The notes: a model not told the origin generated them from the letters alone. A stretch of DNA of 63,764 bases, filler included, from Octopus bimaculoides (GCF_001194135.2; 5 parts of 4 records of this genome joined end to end with filler, not necessarily neighbours in it); one strand, 5' to 3'. Positions 25,374 through 37,049 are shown, numbered from the whole stretch's first letter. Made by a program: numbers and translations.

Positions 25374-25888
25374 TACTTACATTTGTTTCAATAATAAGAC
25401 TGAAAATAAAATTTGACTGTTTGTCAGATATTTTGGACCTGAGTTTGCACTGCATTTATGTCACTGTTGAGAGTTAAACCAGAATCTTTTGTGTGGAGGG
25501 ACTTCGTTGTAAAGATGGTTTTCAAGAGTTAGTTCCAGAATCTATTCTGACCCAGAGGATATGTAATATAAAAGTTTCCAATGTCTAAGGATGTATAAAA
25601 GGCTTGTGGATATAGAGGTAGATTTAAAAGTAGATAGGAGCTGGGTAGGGAGGTGGATAGACAGATAGATAACTGGGTTGATAGATAGACAGACAGATAG
25701 AACAATCTACTATGTATGTATATATGTATGTATGCATGTATGTATTAATGTATGTATGTATGTATGTATGTATCTATCTATCTATCTGTCGACCTATCTA
25801 GATAAATAAATAGATGGAGAGCTAGATAGTTTGGTAGGCATATAGAATATATAGATTAGCTTGTATGTGAGCTGCAAAATAACCTTAC

Positions 25889-26111
25889 CTCAGTGGTGAT
25901 TGAGGTGTGCGTGTTGGATTTATCGTACACCCAAGGGCTGCACTTCTGTGTAGTTCGATTTCCATTTTCTGTGGTATTGAAATATATCAAACATTTTTCG
26001 TAAACCACCTCCCCTTCATCCTCACTCTTTGGAATATATTCTTTGATCAGTTCCTTATGGATTTCACTTTGGATTTTATACGTGTCGTTGTCGTAACCAG
26101 GAATAGCACAC
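25889..26111 (-). CDS. Internal exon of an SLC22 / organic cation transporter (Orct-like, MFS) gene, large extracellular loop 1
   Basis: Acceptor cttattttgtatattttcttag| and donor GAG|gtaagg; 223 nt = 1 + 74 codons. Translation (R)CAIPGYDNDTYKIQSEIHKELIKEYIPKSEDEGEVVYEKCLIYFNTTENGNRTTQKCSPWVYDKSNTHTSITTE matches the SLC22 HRC..P...C...C..WVYD.S...STI.TE loop, has N-glycosylation sequons, and ends at the conserved intron position before FNLVC/WDLVC. Confidence 0.9.
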
Positions 26112-26532
26112 CTAAGAAAATATACAAAATAAGTTTCTTTGATCTTTCATTTAAATTTACTTACATCTTCTGTAGCTTTCAGCCTTGTGGGCCTTACCAT
26201 GCATCTAAAAATATTTTGGTTGTTGAATTTTATAGACAGAAACAAGTATTCTTATCTCGCTGCAGAGGTCCAATGTACTGTCTCTCACTTAAAGCGGCTG
26301 AATTATACTAAAACACAGGCTGTTTTAGAGTCATTGAATTGTGTGTATTGTTAACACACATCGTCTCAAAGTGAGAAATGTTTATTCAGGCAAAATCCAA
26401 CAGCGTGCAGCATTATTTACTTTTCAGGTCTGTTGGAATACATGCATCAGTGACCTGATTCTCTTTGCTTTGCATGCTCTGGGTAATTAAATTTATAATA
26501 TGCATACACACACACACACACACGCACGCACG

Positions 26533-26584
<52 letters not shown>

Positions 26585-27352
26585 NNNNNNNNNNNNNNNN
26601 NNNNNNNNNNNNNNNNNNNNNNNNNNNNNNNNNNNNNNNNNNNNNNNNNNNNNNNNNNNNNNNNNNNNNNNNNNNNNNNNNNNNNNNNNNNNNNNNNNNN
26701 NNNNNNNNNNNNNNNNNNNNNNNNNNNNNNNNNNNNNNNNNNNNNNNNNNNNNNNNNNNNNNNNNNNNNNNNNNNNNNNNNNNNNNNNNNNNNNNNNNNN
26801 NNNNNNNNNNNNNNNNNNNNNNNNNNNNNNNNNNNNNNNNNNNNNNNNNNNNNNNNNNNNNNNNNNNNNNNNNNNNNNNNNNNNNNNNNNNNNNNNNNNN
26901 NNNNNNNNNNNNNNNNNNNNNNNNNNNNNNNNNNNNNNNNNNNNNNNNNNNNNNNNNNNNNNNNNNNNNNNNNNNNNNNNNNNNNNNNNNNNNNNNNNNN
27001 NNNNNNNNNNNNNNNNNNNNNNNNNNNNNNNNNNNNNNNNNNNNNNNNNNNNNNNNNNNNNNNNNNNNNNNNNNNNNNNNNNNNNNNNNNNNNNNNNNNN
27101 NNNNNNNNNNNNNNNNNNNNNNNNNNNNNNNNNNNNNNNNNNNNNNNNNNNNNNNNNNNNNNNNNNNNNNNNNNNNNNNNNNNNNNNNNNNNNNNNNNNN
27201 NNNNNNNNNNNNNNNNNNNNNNNNNNNNNNNNNNNNNNNNNNNNNNNNNNNNNNNNNNNNNNNNNNNNNNNNNNNNNNNNNNNNNNNNNNNNNNNNNNNN
27301 NNNNNNNNNNNNNNNNNNNNNNNNNNNNNNNNNNNNNNNNNNNNNNNNNNNN

Positions 27353-27559
27353 TGTATATTATGGCATATCTTTCTCGTCTACGCTCTAAGGAATAGAGTC
27401 TTAATCTCTTGAGTCTTTCCCAATAGCTTATATGCTGCATAGAGGCTATCTTCTTCGTGTAGCTTCGTTGGATTGCCTCAAGTTCTGAGATTAATTTGAC
27501 ACTGGTTGGTGACCATAGCTGAGAGCAATAGTCAAAGTGGCTTAGAACAAGTGTCCTCC

Positions 27560-27560
<1 letters not shown>
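27353..27560 (-). mobile_element. CR1-like LINE RT C-terminal fragment (duplicate of 28091-28298)
   Basis: WRTLVLSHFDYCSQLWSP...LEAIQRSYTKKI...SYWERLKRLRLYSLERRRERY. Confidence 0.85.
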
Positions 27561-27592
<32 letters not shown>

Positions 27593-27789
27593 TGTATGTA
27601 TGTATGTATGTATGTATGTATGGATATAGATGCAACATGCGTGTCTTCAGTGTTCCACAAATATACATTAATTGTAGTGCCCATTCTGATGAGACACGGA
27701 CGACAAATTACTTTATTTGTTCATTGATGTAGAAACTCGAGTACAAGTGGTAACTATTGAAATGTTTTTATTTTTCATTCCTTTTGAAA

Positions 27790-28298
27790 TTACTCTTATC
27801 CGTGGTTTGGGTTTTAACTGCCCTTTTCAGCANNNNNNNNNNGACACCTGACAGGAAGAGGTCCAGCCTCATCTTGAAGACACCTACATTCAACGCATGC
27901 AGGTCTCTCAGGTCCTTCGGGAGGATATTGAAGAGCTATGGACCTCTGAAACCCAGGCTATTGCAGTATCTTGTCCTACACCTTGATGGCAAATTTGGAG
28001 TCCTTGGCACTATGCAATGGCGTCCATTTCTTTTATTTGTGTAACTTTCGATGCCAAAGTTTGGGACAATTCCTTCGAGGATCTTCCAGATGTATATTAT
28101 GGCATATCTTTCTCGTCTACGCTCTAAGGAATAGAGTCTTAATCTCTTGAGTCTTTCCCAATAGCTTATATGCTGCATAGAGGCTATCTTCTTCGTGTAG
28201 CTTCGTTGGATTGCCTCAAGTTCTGAGATTAATTTTACACTGGTTGGTGACCATAGCTGAGAGCAATAGTCAAAGTGGCTTAGAACAAGTGTCCTCCA
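27790..28298 (-). mobile_element. CR1-like LINE 3' end, 5'-truncated at (ATAC)n
   Basis: Same RT C-terminus continuing IYIWKILEGIVPN...CNSLGFRGP*LFNILPKDLRDL..VGVFKMRLDLFL, typical of the CR1-group ORF2 end. Confidence 0.85.
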
Positions 28299-29046
28299 TA
28301 TATGTATGTATGTATGTATGTNNNNNNNNNNNNNNNNNNNNNNNNNNNNNNNNNNNNNNNNNNNNNNNNNNNNNNNNNNNNNNNNNNNNNNNNNNNNNNN
28401 NNNNNNNNNNNNNNNNNNNNNNNNNNNNNNNNNNNNNNNNNNNNNNNNNNNNNNNNNNNNNNNNNNNNNNNNNNNNNNNNNNNNNNNNNNNNNNNNNNNN
28501 NNNNNNNNNNNNNNNNNNNNNNNNNNNNNNNNNNNNNNNNNNNNNNNNNNNNNNNNNNNNNNNNNNNNNNNNNNNNNNNNNNNNNNNNNNNNNNNNNNNN
28601 NNNNNNNNNNNNNNNNNNNNNNNNNNNNNNNNNNNNNNNNNNNNNNNNNNNNNNNNNNNNNNNNNNNNNNNNNNNNNNNNNNNNNNNNNNNNNNNNNNNN
28701 NNNNNNNNNNNNNNNNNNNNNNNNNNNNNNNNNNNNNNNNNNNNNNNNNNNNNNNNNNNNNNNNNNNNNNNNNNNNNNNNNNNNNNNNNNNNNNNNNNNN
28801 NNNNNNNNNNNNNNNNNNNNNNNNNNNNNNNNNNNNNNNNNNNNNNNNNNNNNNNNNNNNNNNNNNNNNNNNNNNNNNNNNNNNNNNNNNNNNNNNNNNN
28901 NNNNNNNNNNNNNNNNNNNNNNNNNNNNNNNNNNNNNNNNNNNNNNNNNNNNNNNNNNNNNNNNNNNNNNNNNNNNNNNNNNNNNNNNNNNNNNNNNNNN
29001 NNNNNNNNNNNNNNNNNNNNNNNNNNNNNNNNNNNNNNNNNNNNNN

Positions 29047-29084
<38 letters not shown>

Positions 29085-29328
29085 CAAAAGAAGTGGGTGT
29101 TTCCACGCAGGTAAAAAATATAGGAAAAAGTGTTGTTGAAAATGCACCTAAATTTCAAAACCTCGTAAATGTTTAAAATACATTTATTTATATATATATA
29201 CCAAACTACAGTTTCAACAATATCTTTTGTTTATCAATGGTAAAAGTTTAAAATTAGAAAAAAACATCTTTAAATGTTTCAATGTTGACAAATTAAAATG
29301 TTTCAATGTTGTCTATTCTAGACACAGT

Positions 29329-30860
29329 TCTTGTCTATTCTAGGCACAAGGTCCGAAAACTGTTTCCAGTGCATTGATAGAGAGGGCAGACACACAGACT
29401 CAGTAACTTTATCGATGTCCTCCTTAAACCTATTCTCCAACATATACCGAGCTTTATACGGGATGATCTAGACTTTTTAAACCATCTTCCGAACAAAACC
29501 AGTAAAGACTCCCTCCTGGTTTCATTCGATGTAATAAACCTCTGCACCTCGATTCCTCACGAATACGGAATAATAACGATACAATACTGGCTGGAAAAAT
29601 TCCCAAATGACATTCCTGACCGAATCGGAAAAGAATTCATCGTTGAAGGAATAAAATTCATCCTACAGAACAACTTTTTCAATTTCAACGAAAACACTTA
29701 TAGACAAAAATCGGGCATGGCGATGGGAACGAGGGTAGCGCCTACTTTTGACAACCTTGTCATGGCATACTTGAAAGTCCAAGTATACGAGCACGCTAGA
29801 TTGAAATTTGAAAACAACTTCCAAAAATACTTACTCACCAACTGGAAACGCTACCTGGATGATTGTTTCATCCTATGGCTATATAACCTTGAACAACTCT
29901 CAAAATTTAAAAACCTAATCAACAGCATTAACCACAGTATCCAGTTTACAATGGAATACAGCCACAAACAATTACCCTTCCTGGACATCTTAATGATAAA
30001 GAGAGATACTGAGACTGAAACCGACATCTTCAAACCAACGGACTCAAAACAATATCTTCTATTCTCCTCTTGCCACCCAAAACATACTAAAATAAATATA
30101 CCGTTCAACTTAACGAGAAGAATTTGCATGATTGCATCAAATCCCGAAACCCGAGAAAAGCGACACCAAGAACTTAAAAGCACATTACTAGATAGAAAAT
30201 ACCCGGTCAGTCTAATCAAAAATGAATAGAACGCGCAAAAATGATAGACATCCAAGAGTTACGGAAAACAAGAAAACACCATGACACACTTAAACTCTAT
30301 CTTACGTATCAACACACAATCCAAGAAACATGGAAGCATACAACATCATCCACCAAAATATACTCCTACTTCTGAAGGACCCACGAATGAAAAAGGCACT
30401 AGAAACACATAGGATTATTAAAAGCAAGAGACAACCGCAATCCCTAAAAAAATTACTTACCAGCACCAAATTACCCACCAAAAATACAACCCCGCAAGTC
30501 AAAAAGTGCAACCGCCCTAACAGCGGAACTTGCATCTTCCTCTTAGTTGGCTCAACATACAAATTTAAGTCAGGTCAAACTTTTACCATAAAATATGGCT
30601 TCATCTGTGTTTCGAAGAACTTAATCTTTGTTCTTAAATGTGGAGGTTGTGGTGGTGAGTACGTTGGTCAAACCAGCTTAACTTTGAGGGATAGACTTAC
30701 GGTGCACAGGCAACAAATCCGGGACCCCACTACTAGGAAACTTCCCGTAAGCAAGCACCTAGACCAATGCCCCGTAGACATAAACCCTAAATACCAAATC
30801 TTCCCTCTCTATCAATGCACAGAAAACAGTTTTCGGGCCTTGTGCCTAGAATAGACAAGA
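29329..30860 (+). mobile_element. Penelope-like element (Neptune-type), 5'-truncated, RT plus GIY-YIG, two frameshifts
   Basis: Open frame from about 29390: LSNFIDVLLKP..LVSFDVINLCTSIPH..QKSGMAMGTRVAP..KRYLDDCF..LPFLDI..SSCHPKHTKINIPF. Frameshifts near 30225 and 30298, then a Cys-rich linker and NLIFVLKCGGCGGEYVGQT..LRDRLTVHRQQI (GIY-YIG). Confidence 0.93.
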
Positions 30861-30974
30861 TTATTTGTAAAACTTTGCTGTTTACTTTCATTTTATGATA
30901 GTTATCATGCAGAAAATGCTGGCTTTGAAATCTTGTTCTCTAATTGGGTAAAAAGGATCAAACTTTAAACTTCT

Positions 30975-31152
30975 TTTTATTCTTTTACTCTTTCAATCAT
31001 TTGACTGTGGCCATGCTGGAGCACCGCCTTTATTCGAATGAATTGACTCCATGGCTTATTCTTTGTAAGCTTAGTACTTATTCTATCGGTCTCTTTTGCC
31101 GAACCGCTAGGTTACGGGGATGTAAACACACCGATATCGGTTATCAAGCGTG
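30975..31152 (-). mobile_element. SINE family B, 3' part
   Basis: tcatttgactgtggccatgctggagcaccgcc...cttattctatcggtctcttttgccgaaccgct, shared with the 23200-23509 copy. Confidence 0.8.
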
Positions 31153-31404
31153 TCTGCCTTCATTTTAGGTGAAAAATATACTGCCACGTAACACTAACGC
31201 ACGGACGTAGCAAGAAATCTTATAAACTTAATCAGGTGTTCTTTCTCTACATACACTTTACAGAAAACATTCAGGGCGTTGATTAATTAGTACTGTCATT
31301 AGATATGTTCAGTCAACCGTTCGGCCTTAAATTACGACGCTAAACAATATCACTTGATACTAACACACGGACGGAGCGGGGAACCTACAAAATTTTCTAA
31401 GACC

Positions 31405-31510
31405 AGTCATGTGACTATCCTCTACCAATCAAAACCTATTCACAGTGTATACAAATTTGAGCCATAAACTCCTTATAAAAATAGGGCAGGCTTCAAACAC
31501 TAGTCAGTAG
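31405..31510 (+). promoter_or_regulatory. Candidate Pol II core promoter (E/M-box, CCAAT, TATA, Inr)
   Basis: AGTCATGTGACT 31405-16, CCAATCA 31425-31, TATAAAA 31474-80, TCAGT 31504-08 (TATA at -32 relative to A31506). Motif spacing only; no transcript evidence. Confidence 0.35.
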
Positions 31511-31653
31511 CAGAACTGTTGCAACATTAGTCACGCCTTTCTATTTCAAATTTTTGAAAATCACAGTAAAGTGTGAAAAAACTGGTTAAATCTTTAAATA
31601 TGATAATAAGAAAACATTTTAGTTATTCTCAGTGCATTTTCAACTTCTATTTT

Positions 31654-31730
<77 letters not shown>

Positions 31731-31734
31731 GTTC

Positions 31735-33633
31735 AAATTTACAGAAAAGCAAAAGGCGAAAACAAGTGTAGGAACAACAAGGAGGTGTATTTGTTTGACG
31801 CCCGGGAAAAAGTGAAAAGTCTTTTACGTTTCGAGCCTACGCTCTTCGACAGTAAGGAACAAAAGAGAAAAAAATGGAGAGAGAATGAAAAAAAAACAAA
31901 ACGGGGAGAGAAAAAACAGTGTAGATTTTAGCGGTCCAACATGGTGTATAACAGTAAAAAAAGAGGAAGTTGAATGAAAGAGAGATAATGATAAAAAAAG
32001 AGGTTGAATGAAAGGGAGATAATAATGATCCCAACGAACTAAGGTGCGCGAAAGTGTGTACGTACGTGAGAATGGTGTGTGTGTGAGTGTGTATGTGTGA
32101 ATGAGTGCAAGTAAGTCTGACGTGTGTGTGTGTGTGTGTGTGCGTATGTAACGTGTGTGTACATATGTAACGTGTGTGTGTGAGTTGTGCGTGGCAGTTG
32201 ATATGTACTATTTCAAGTGGTGTGTGTACATGTGTATATGAGTGTGTATGTGTTTGTGACCAAATAGTGAGCATGTGTATAGTGTATACTTGTGGGTGAA
32301 AGTTATCATTGTGCATGTTGCGTTGGGTGTGTACGCATTGTTTGTATTCAAGTATTATGAGCTTATGTAGGTGTGGATGTATATATTGTCTGTGTCCAGG
32401 CATTATGTGCTTGTGTGACTGTGAGAGTGTGCATGAGGGTGTGTGGTGTGTGTACTGAGTTAAGCAGTGTGTGTGGCTGCTCGTATAGTGGTATGTGTGG
32501 TAACGCTATTGAAGATTGCGTGTGGATGACGGTGTGGGTTCTGAGAAGTGGTAGGGGCTAGATTGTGTGGAGTGGGAAGGTGTCGTGGGTGTGTGTATAA
32601 TGGTGTGTGAAGTGAGTGGTGAGTTAAACAGTGTGTATGGGTGTGTGTATAGTGGTGCGTGTGTAATGAGGATATCGAGGTGGGTGGTATGTAGGTGTAT
32701 AGGTGGAGGAGGCAGTTGAATGAAGGAGGTGTGGGGGAATCCGTGTGGGGTTGGTGTCAGATGAAGAGAGGGGTGAGTTGAGCTGATATGACGCAAAGGA
32801 AAGAAGAGAGAAGATTAATTTCTGTTCACGGCGAAGGCGGGATTCCGGGTGGCCCTGTGCAAAGACAGTCTGAACACAGACAGATGTTGTAGCGAATGTT
32901 CGATAGAGCGGAAGCGGCGCGAGACCGGGGTTTCGATGCCTAGCCTAATGTCTCGGGGGTTTTGATGTCTCGGAGCAGGAGATGCAGTAAATAACATTAC
33001 TAGAGGTGCAGGNNNNNNNNNNNNNNNNNNNNNNNNNNNNNNNNNNGGAGTCGGTGACGTGATAGGGACGGTGATGGGTGCCTGTGAGGATGGTGGTGTT
33101 GGAGAGGTATGACAGCGCGAGTGGGCTCAGGGGAGGGGACCAGGCTCGGAGGTGGGATAATGAAGGAACTATGGACCAGGGGGTCACGCAAGTTATGGGC
33201 TTGTTTGAAGGAGGGCAAGGCTAGGTTAGGGAAGATGTGCGAGGTGGAGAGGTAGAACTAATGTCGCTGAAAGGCTCAGAGAATGGTGCGTTGGAGAGGT
33301 AGGGTGGAGGGTTGGTAGGTGCGGAGAAACGGGAGACGAATAAGGATGGGGCGGGTGCGAGGAGAGAGAGCAGAGGCATGGTCTACATGTCAAGAAATTC
33401 GTCAGAAGAGTTAGAGATAGTGCAGGAGAATTCGAGGGCAGGATGGAAGGATTGGACAAAAGAGAGGAAAGAATCTAGTAGTTCGCGGTAGAGTGAGGTC
33501 GTGCCGATACAGTCATCGATATAACGACCATATAGTTCGGGAGTGGGACCAGTGAATTGTGAAAATATTTGGGCCTCAGTGTAGCCAATGAACAGGTTCA
33601 CATAATTGCTGGTCCATTCTTGGTTCCCGTGGT
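31735..33633 (-). mobile_element. Second Penelope-like element (Neptune-type), internally deleted, with CA-rich 3' region
   Basis: Minus strand: ..YVNLFIGYTEAQ..GRYIDDCIG..FHPALEF..FLDM; LPSFKQAHNLRDPLVHSS; CTSSNVIYCISCS; ..RLRREQKLIF. Degenerate (CA)n tract at 32040-32790 and a hammerhead-like relic at 31821-31856. Confidence 0.8.
31821..31856 (-). ncRNA. Degenerate minimal (Penelope-type) hammerhead motif
   Basis: Minus strand: CTTA-CTGTCGA-A-GAGC-gtag-GCTC-GAAA-CGT-A-AAAG. Perfect stem II and ACGT palindromic stem III, but core A6 is T and the first stem I pair is A.A. Confidence 0.55.
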
Positions 33634-33874
33634 GTGTGTGTATGTATGTATGTATGTATGTATTATGCAGATAAGGTTAAACCCCCAAGCTGTGTAATCT
33701 TGAAGCAGACCTTCTTATTACAGTAATCCAAATCCATATGTAGCTGCTATATTTGCGTGAGGTATGCATAAAAATTGAAAATGCTGGGAAATATTTTTTG
33801 CAGAATAACAACAAAACAGGAATTGAAAAATTCTGTTGTATTATTTATTCCCCATGTATGCGTATGTGAGTGAA

Positions 33875-33938
<64 letters not shown>

Positions 33939-34138
33939 NNNNNNNNNNNNNNNNNNNNNNNNNNNNNNNNNNNNNNNNNNNNNNNNNNNNNNNNNNNNNN
34001 NNNNNNNNNNNNNNNNNNNNNNNNNNNNNNNNNNNNNNNNNNNNNNNNNNNNNNNNNNNNNNNNNNNNNNNNNNNNNNNNNNNNNNNNNNNNNNNNNNNN
34101 NNNNNNNNNNNNNNNNNNNNNNNNNNNNNNNNNNNNNN

Positions 34139-34179
<41 letters not shown>

Positions 34180-34406
34180 GTGCGTGTATGATTGGATCTG
34201 TTCAACATGTGACAGTTATGCCATTCAGGTTTCAGCTCAAATGTCGATCCCGTTAAACTCCCTCCATCACACGTACATACAGGTCCTCGGCAGTTCAAAG
34301 ATGGCCTGTAACGTAACACAAACAGCACAGCGATAGGAAGAGAGGGAAAACACGAACTTTGATTTGGTACTCCTTTGTCGCATTTGTCACAGATGTCATA
34401 CTGAGA

Positions 34407-34543
34407 ATGCAGTCGGTAGATGAACCTCATAGGACCAGCATGCAAAGCAAATACTTTCGTCAGACAGTTGTGTTCTTCTCCAGCTCTCTGATGAAATGTT
34501 TCCTTTGCATGCTGATCCTATGAGGTTCATTTATCGATTGCAT
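34407..34543 (+). other. 137-nt long hairpin (41-bp outer stem plus inner stems)
   Basis: 34407-34447 pairs with 34503-34543 (3 GU, 1 CA mismatch); 34455-34464 pairs with 34487-34496 (1 GU); AGTTG/CAGCT closes a 10-nt loop. Confidence 0.85.
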
Positions 34544-34554
34544 CGAATGTGGGT

Positions 34555-34738
34555 GTGTGTGTGTTCGCCCTCCTGCCACCACTCGACAATTTAGTTTGGT
34601 TTGTTTACCTCCCCATAACTTAGCAGTTTGGCAAAAGAGACCAACATATAAAAATGATCGATCTGTTCACCTAAAACCCTTTAAGGTGGTGCACCAGTAT
34701 GGCCACAGTCCAATGACTGAAACTATTAAACATCTAAA
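34555..34738 (+). mobile_element. SINE family B, 3' part
   Basis: tgtttacctccccataacttagcagtttggcaaaagagacc...gcaccagtatggccacagtccaatgactgaaac. Confidence 0.7.
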
Positions 34739-34849
34739 CTTAGAAACATACTTTTTCTTTTACTACACCTATTTTCTTGAGATGTTCATTTTGTATATTA
34801 TATTTAAAGTAGTAACCGGAATTTGGTTTAAATATTTAAAGGCGTTAAG

Positions 34850-35048
34850 GTGATGAGCTGGCGGAATCGTTACTGTGATGGGCAAAATGCTTAGCAGAAT
34901 TTCCAGGTTCAAATGCAGCTGGGGTCGACTTACCTTTTAATCCGTTCAGGGTCGATAAAACATGTACCAGTTTAACTCGGGGGGTCAATGTAATTGCCTT
35001 ATCCTCTCCCCCTAAATTGTTAGCCTTGTGTCAAAATTTGAAATCAAT
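34850..35048 (+). mobile_element. SINE family A
   Basis: gtgatgagctggcggaatcgtta...ggttcaaatgcagctggggtcgac...ccttgtgtcaaaatttgaaatc. Confidence 0.8.
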
Positions 35049-35290
35049 ATTTAAAAACGTTTCTGATGAAATGACTTCCACGTCACATTCAAGTAAATGA
35101 ATTTCATAACTACAATTAATAATTAAATGGTTGACATCTTTGTGTGAGTCATAGAAACAAAATGGTTGACAATGCCTTTGTGTGAATCATAGAAACAACC
35201 GTAAACAAAATGAAAATTTGGAAATATCAATGAGATCTTTTGTTTTCCATTCATCCTAATATACTACTGATATTACATTGGAATAATAAA

Positions 35291-36029
35291 TACGAGGGGA
35301 CATTAAAAATTAACCAGAAACGTGCTCTGTGAGATAGGCCCGTTGTAGTTCATGCTTCCACTACTAGAAGCCATTCTATGTGGCCATCAGGCATCAGTAT
35401 ACCGACCGGTGTGTCTTTGCTTTGCAGTGCTTCTCCCCTGTTCGTTGACTTTTGCGATGACTGAAACGTAGGAACAGCGTGCTTCTGTTTTCTGCTGAGG
35501 AAAACAGCGGCTGAAGCAGTTGTCTTGCTTCAAGCAGCTTAGAAGGACGCTGCTACGAGCATAACACAAGTTTTCGAGTGGTTTCCGTGCTTTAGGAATG
35601 GTTACTTGACGCTTGAAGACCAACCTCGTTCAGGACGACAGTCGATCTACCGAATGAATGTAAATATCATGAAAATTCATGAACTGATCTTGGAAAACCA
35701 TCACTGAACAATTTACAAACTTGTTGATATGACTGGTGTGTCCTGCTGACGCATTTTGAGCGAAGAATTGCGAATGAAAAGAGTTNNNNNNNNNNCATGT
35801 GATACGGAATCTGCAGACGTGGAAGAGGCGAAGGAAAAAAAACGATGGAGGCGTTAAAAGGCATCACTTTGCAAGAATTCTAGCACAGCTTCGAATAGCG
35901 GAGAACACGCCTGGACGGATGCATTCCTTCAAATGGAGAATACTTTGAAGGCGATAAAAGTGTAAACATGTAAAACTATGTGAATAAAATAATATTGCAA
36001 AATTACGGTTTCTTTTAGGTCAACATGTA
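35291..36029 (+). mobile_element. Non-autonomous mariner derivative (N-terminal HTH remnant plus C-terminus)
   Basis: Starts TAcgagggg; decayed ..KTAAEAVVLLQAA..QVFEWF..LEDQPRSGR..HELILE..LRMKRV; C-terminal ..RLDGCIPSNGEYFEGD; degenerate right TIR ending catgTA. Same family as 51031-51813. Confidence 0.88.
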
Positions 36030-36127
36030 AATACTTGTTAAACAACCGAGCTCTTAAATTCTGTTATTTTTTCAGGTGCATAAGTACTTAACCAATGTGT
36101 GTATGTGTGAATATATGCCTTAACACA

Positions 36128-36182
<55 letters not shown>

Positions 36183-36892
36183 ATTGTAACAAAAGGCACT
36201 TTTAAACAGGTTACTTTTATTGACTGAGAAGTGCATTTAAAAGAGAATAATACATAAGAAGAAGAAAAGATAGCGAAAACCTGATATCACACGATGTAAA
36301 AGTTGTTCACTGAAAAAGTACACTGAAAAGTACAGTAAAAATGAAATAAAATAAGAATATAATACAATGTCCTACTTATCATTTATGATATTATATGAAG
36401 TTAGAAGAAATTTCAAATATGCATAAATATATGACCAGTTGATAAATTCCTAGGAATATATAACTTTGTGAAAATAATAGCAACATGCATCTTTGCATTC
36501 GGCAGAAACACATCAGGTAGGTGTTGGTTGTCTGAATATTATAGGATGGTCAATAGGGCATCAGTGGTTTACAAGTGTGGAGACATTTAAAGTAATTAGG
36601 TGAACGATGCTAGGTTTATTAATCCTTTGTTGGGTTCAATTATAAAATAAAGAGCGCTTAAACTCGATGCATTATTTCGTTATCGTTTAATGTGTTGGGT
36701 CGTCTGTGTAATTATTGTTTCTCTGTTTCAATGGCGTAAGGTTCCCCACCTGGTCGGGACGCTGGTCCGTCGCACGTCTGTGGAATTAAAAATTTAAATT
36801 CAAATCAATCAAGTTTGATTTTCAAACACATCAGATGTTTAAAAATATTGTGTAATAGATTCAAATTTGTTTGTTTCATAATTGATTGCTTG

Positions 36893-36925
<33 letters not shown>

Positions 36926-36926
36926 G

Positions 36927-36970
<44 letters not shown>

Positions 36971-36995
36971 TTGTGTATCTATCTATCTATTTGTG

Positions 36996-37049
<54 letters not shown>
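36893..37049. repeat. (ATCT)n microsatellite
   Basis: Read directly. Confidence 0.95.

Noticed and set aside
26112-26330. Two nearby GT donors (26164, 26197) as the upstream SLC22 exon
   Set aside because: One puts a stop in frame; the other gives a peptide lacking TM1 and the P.HR motif.
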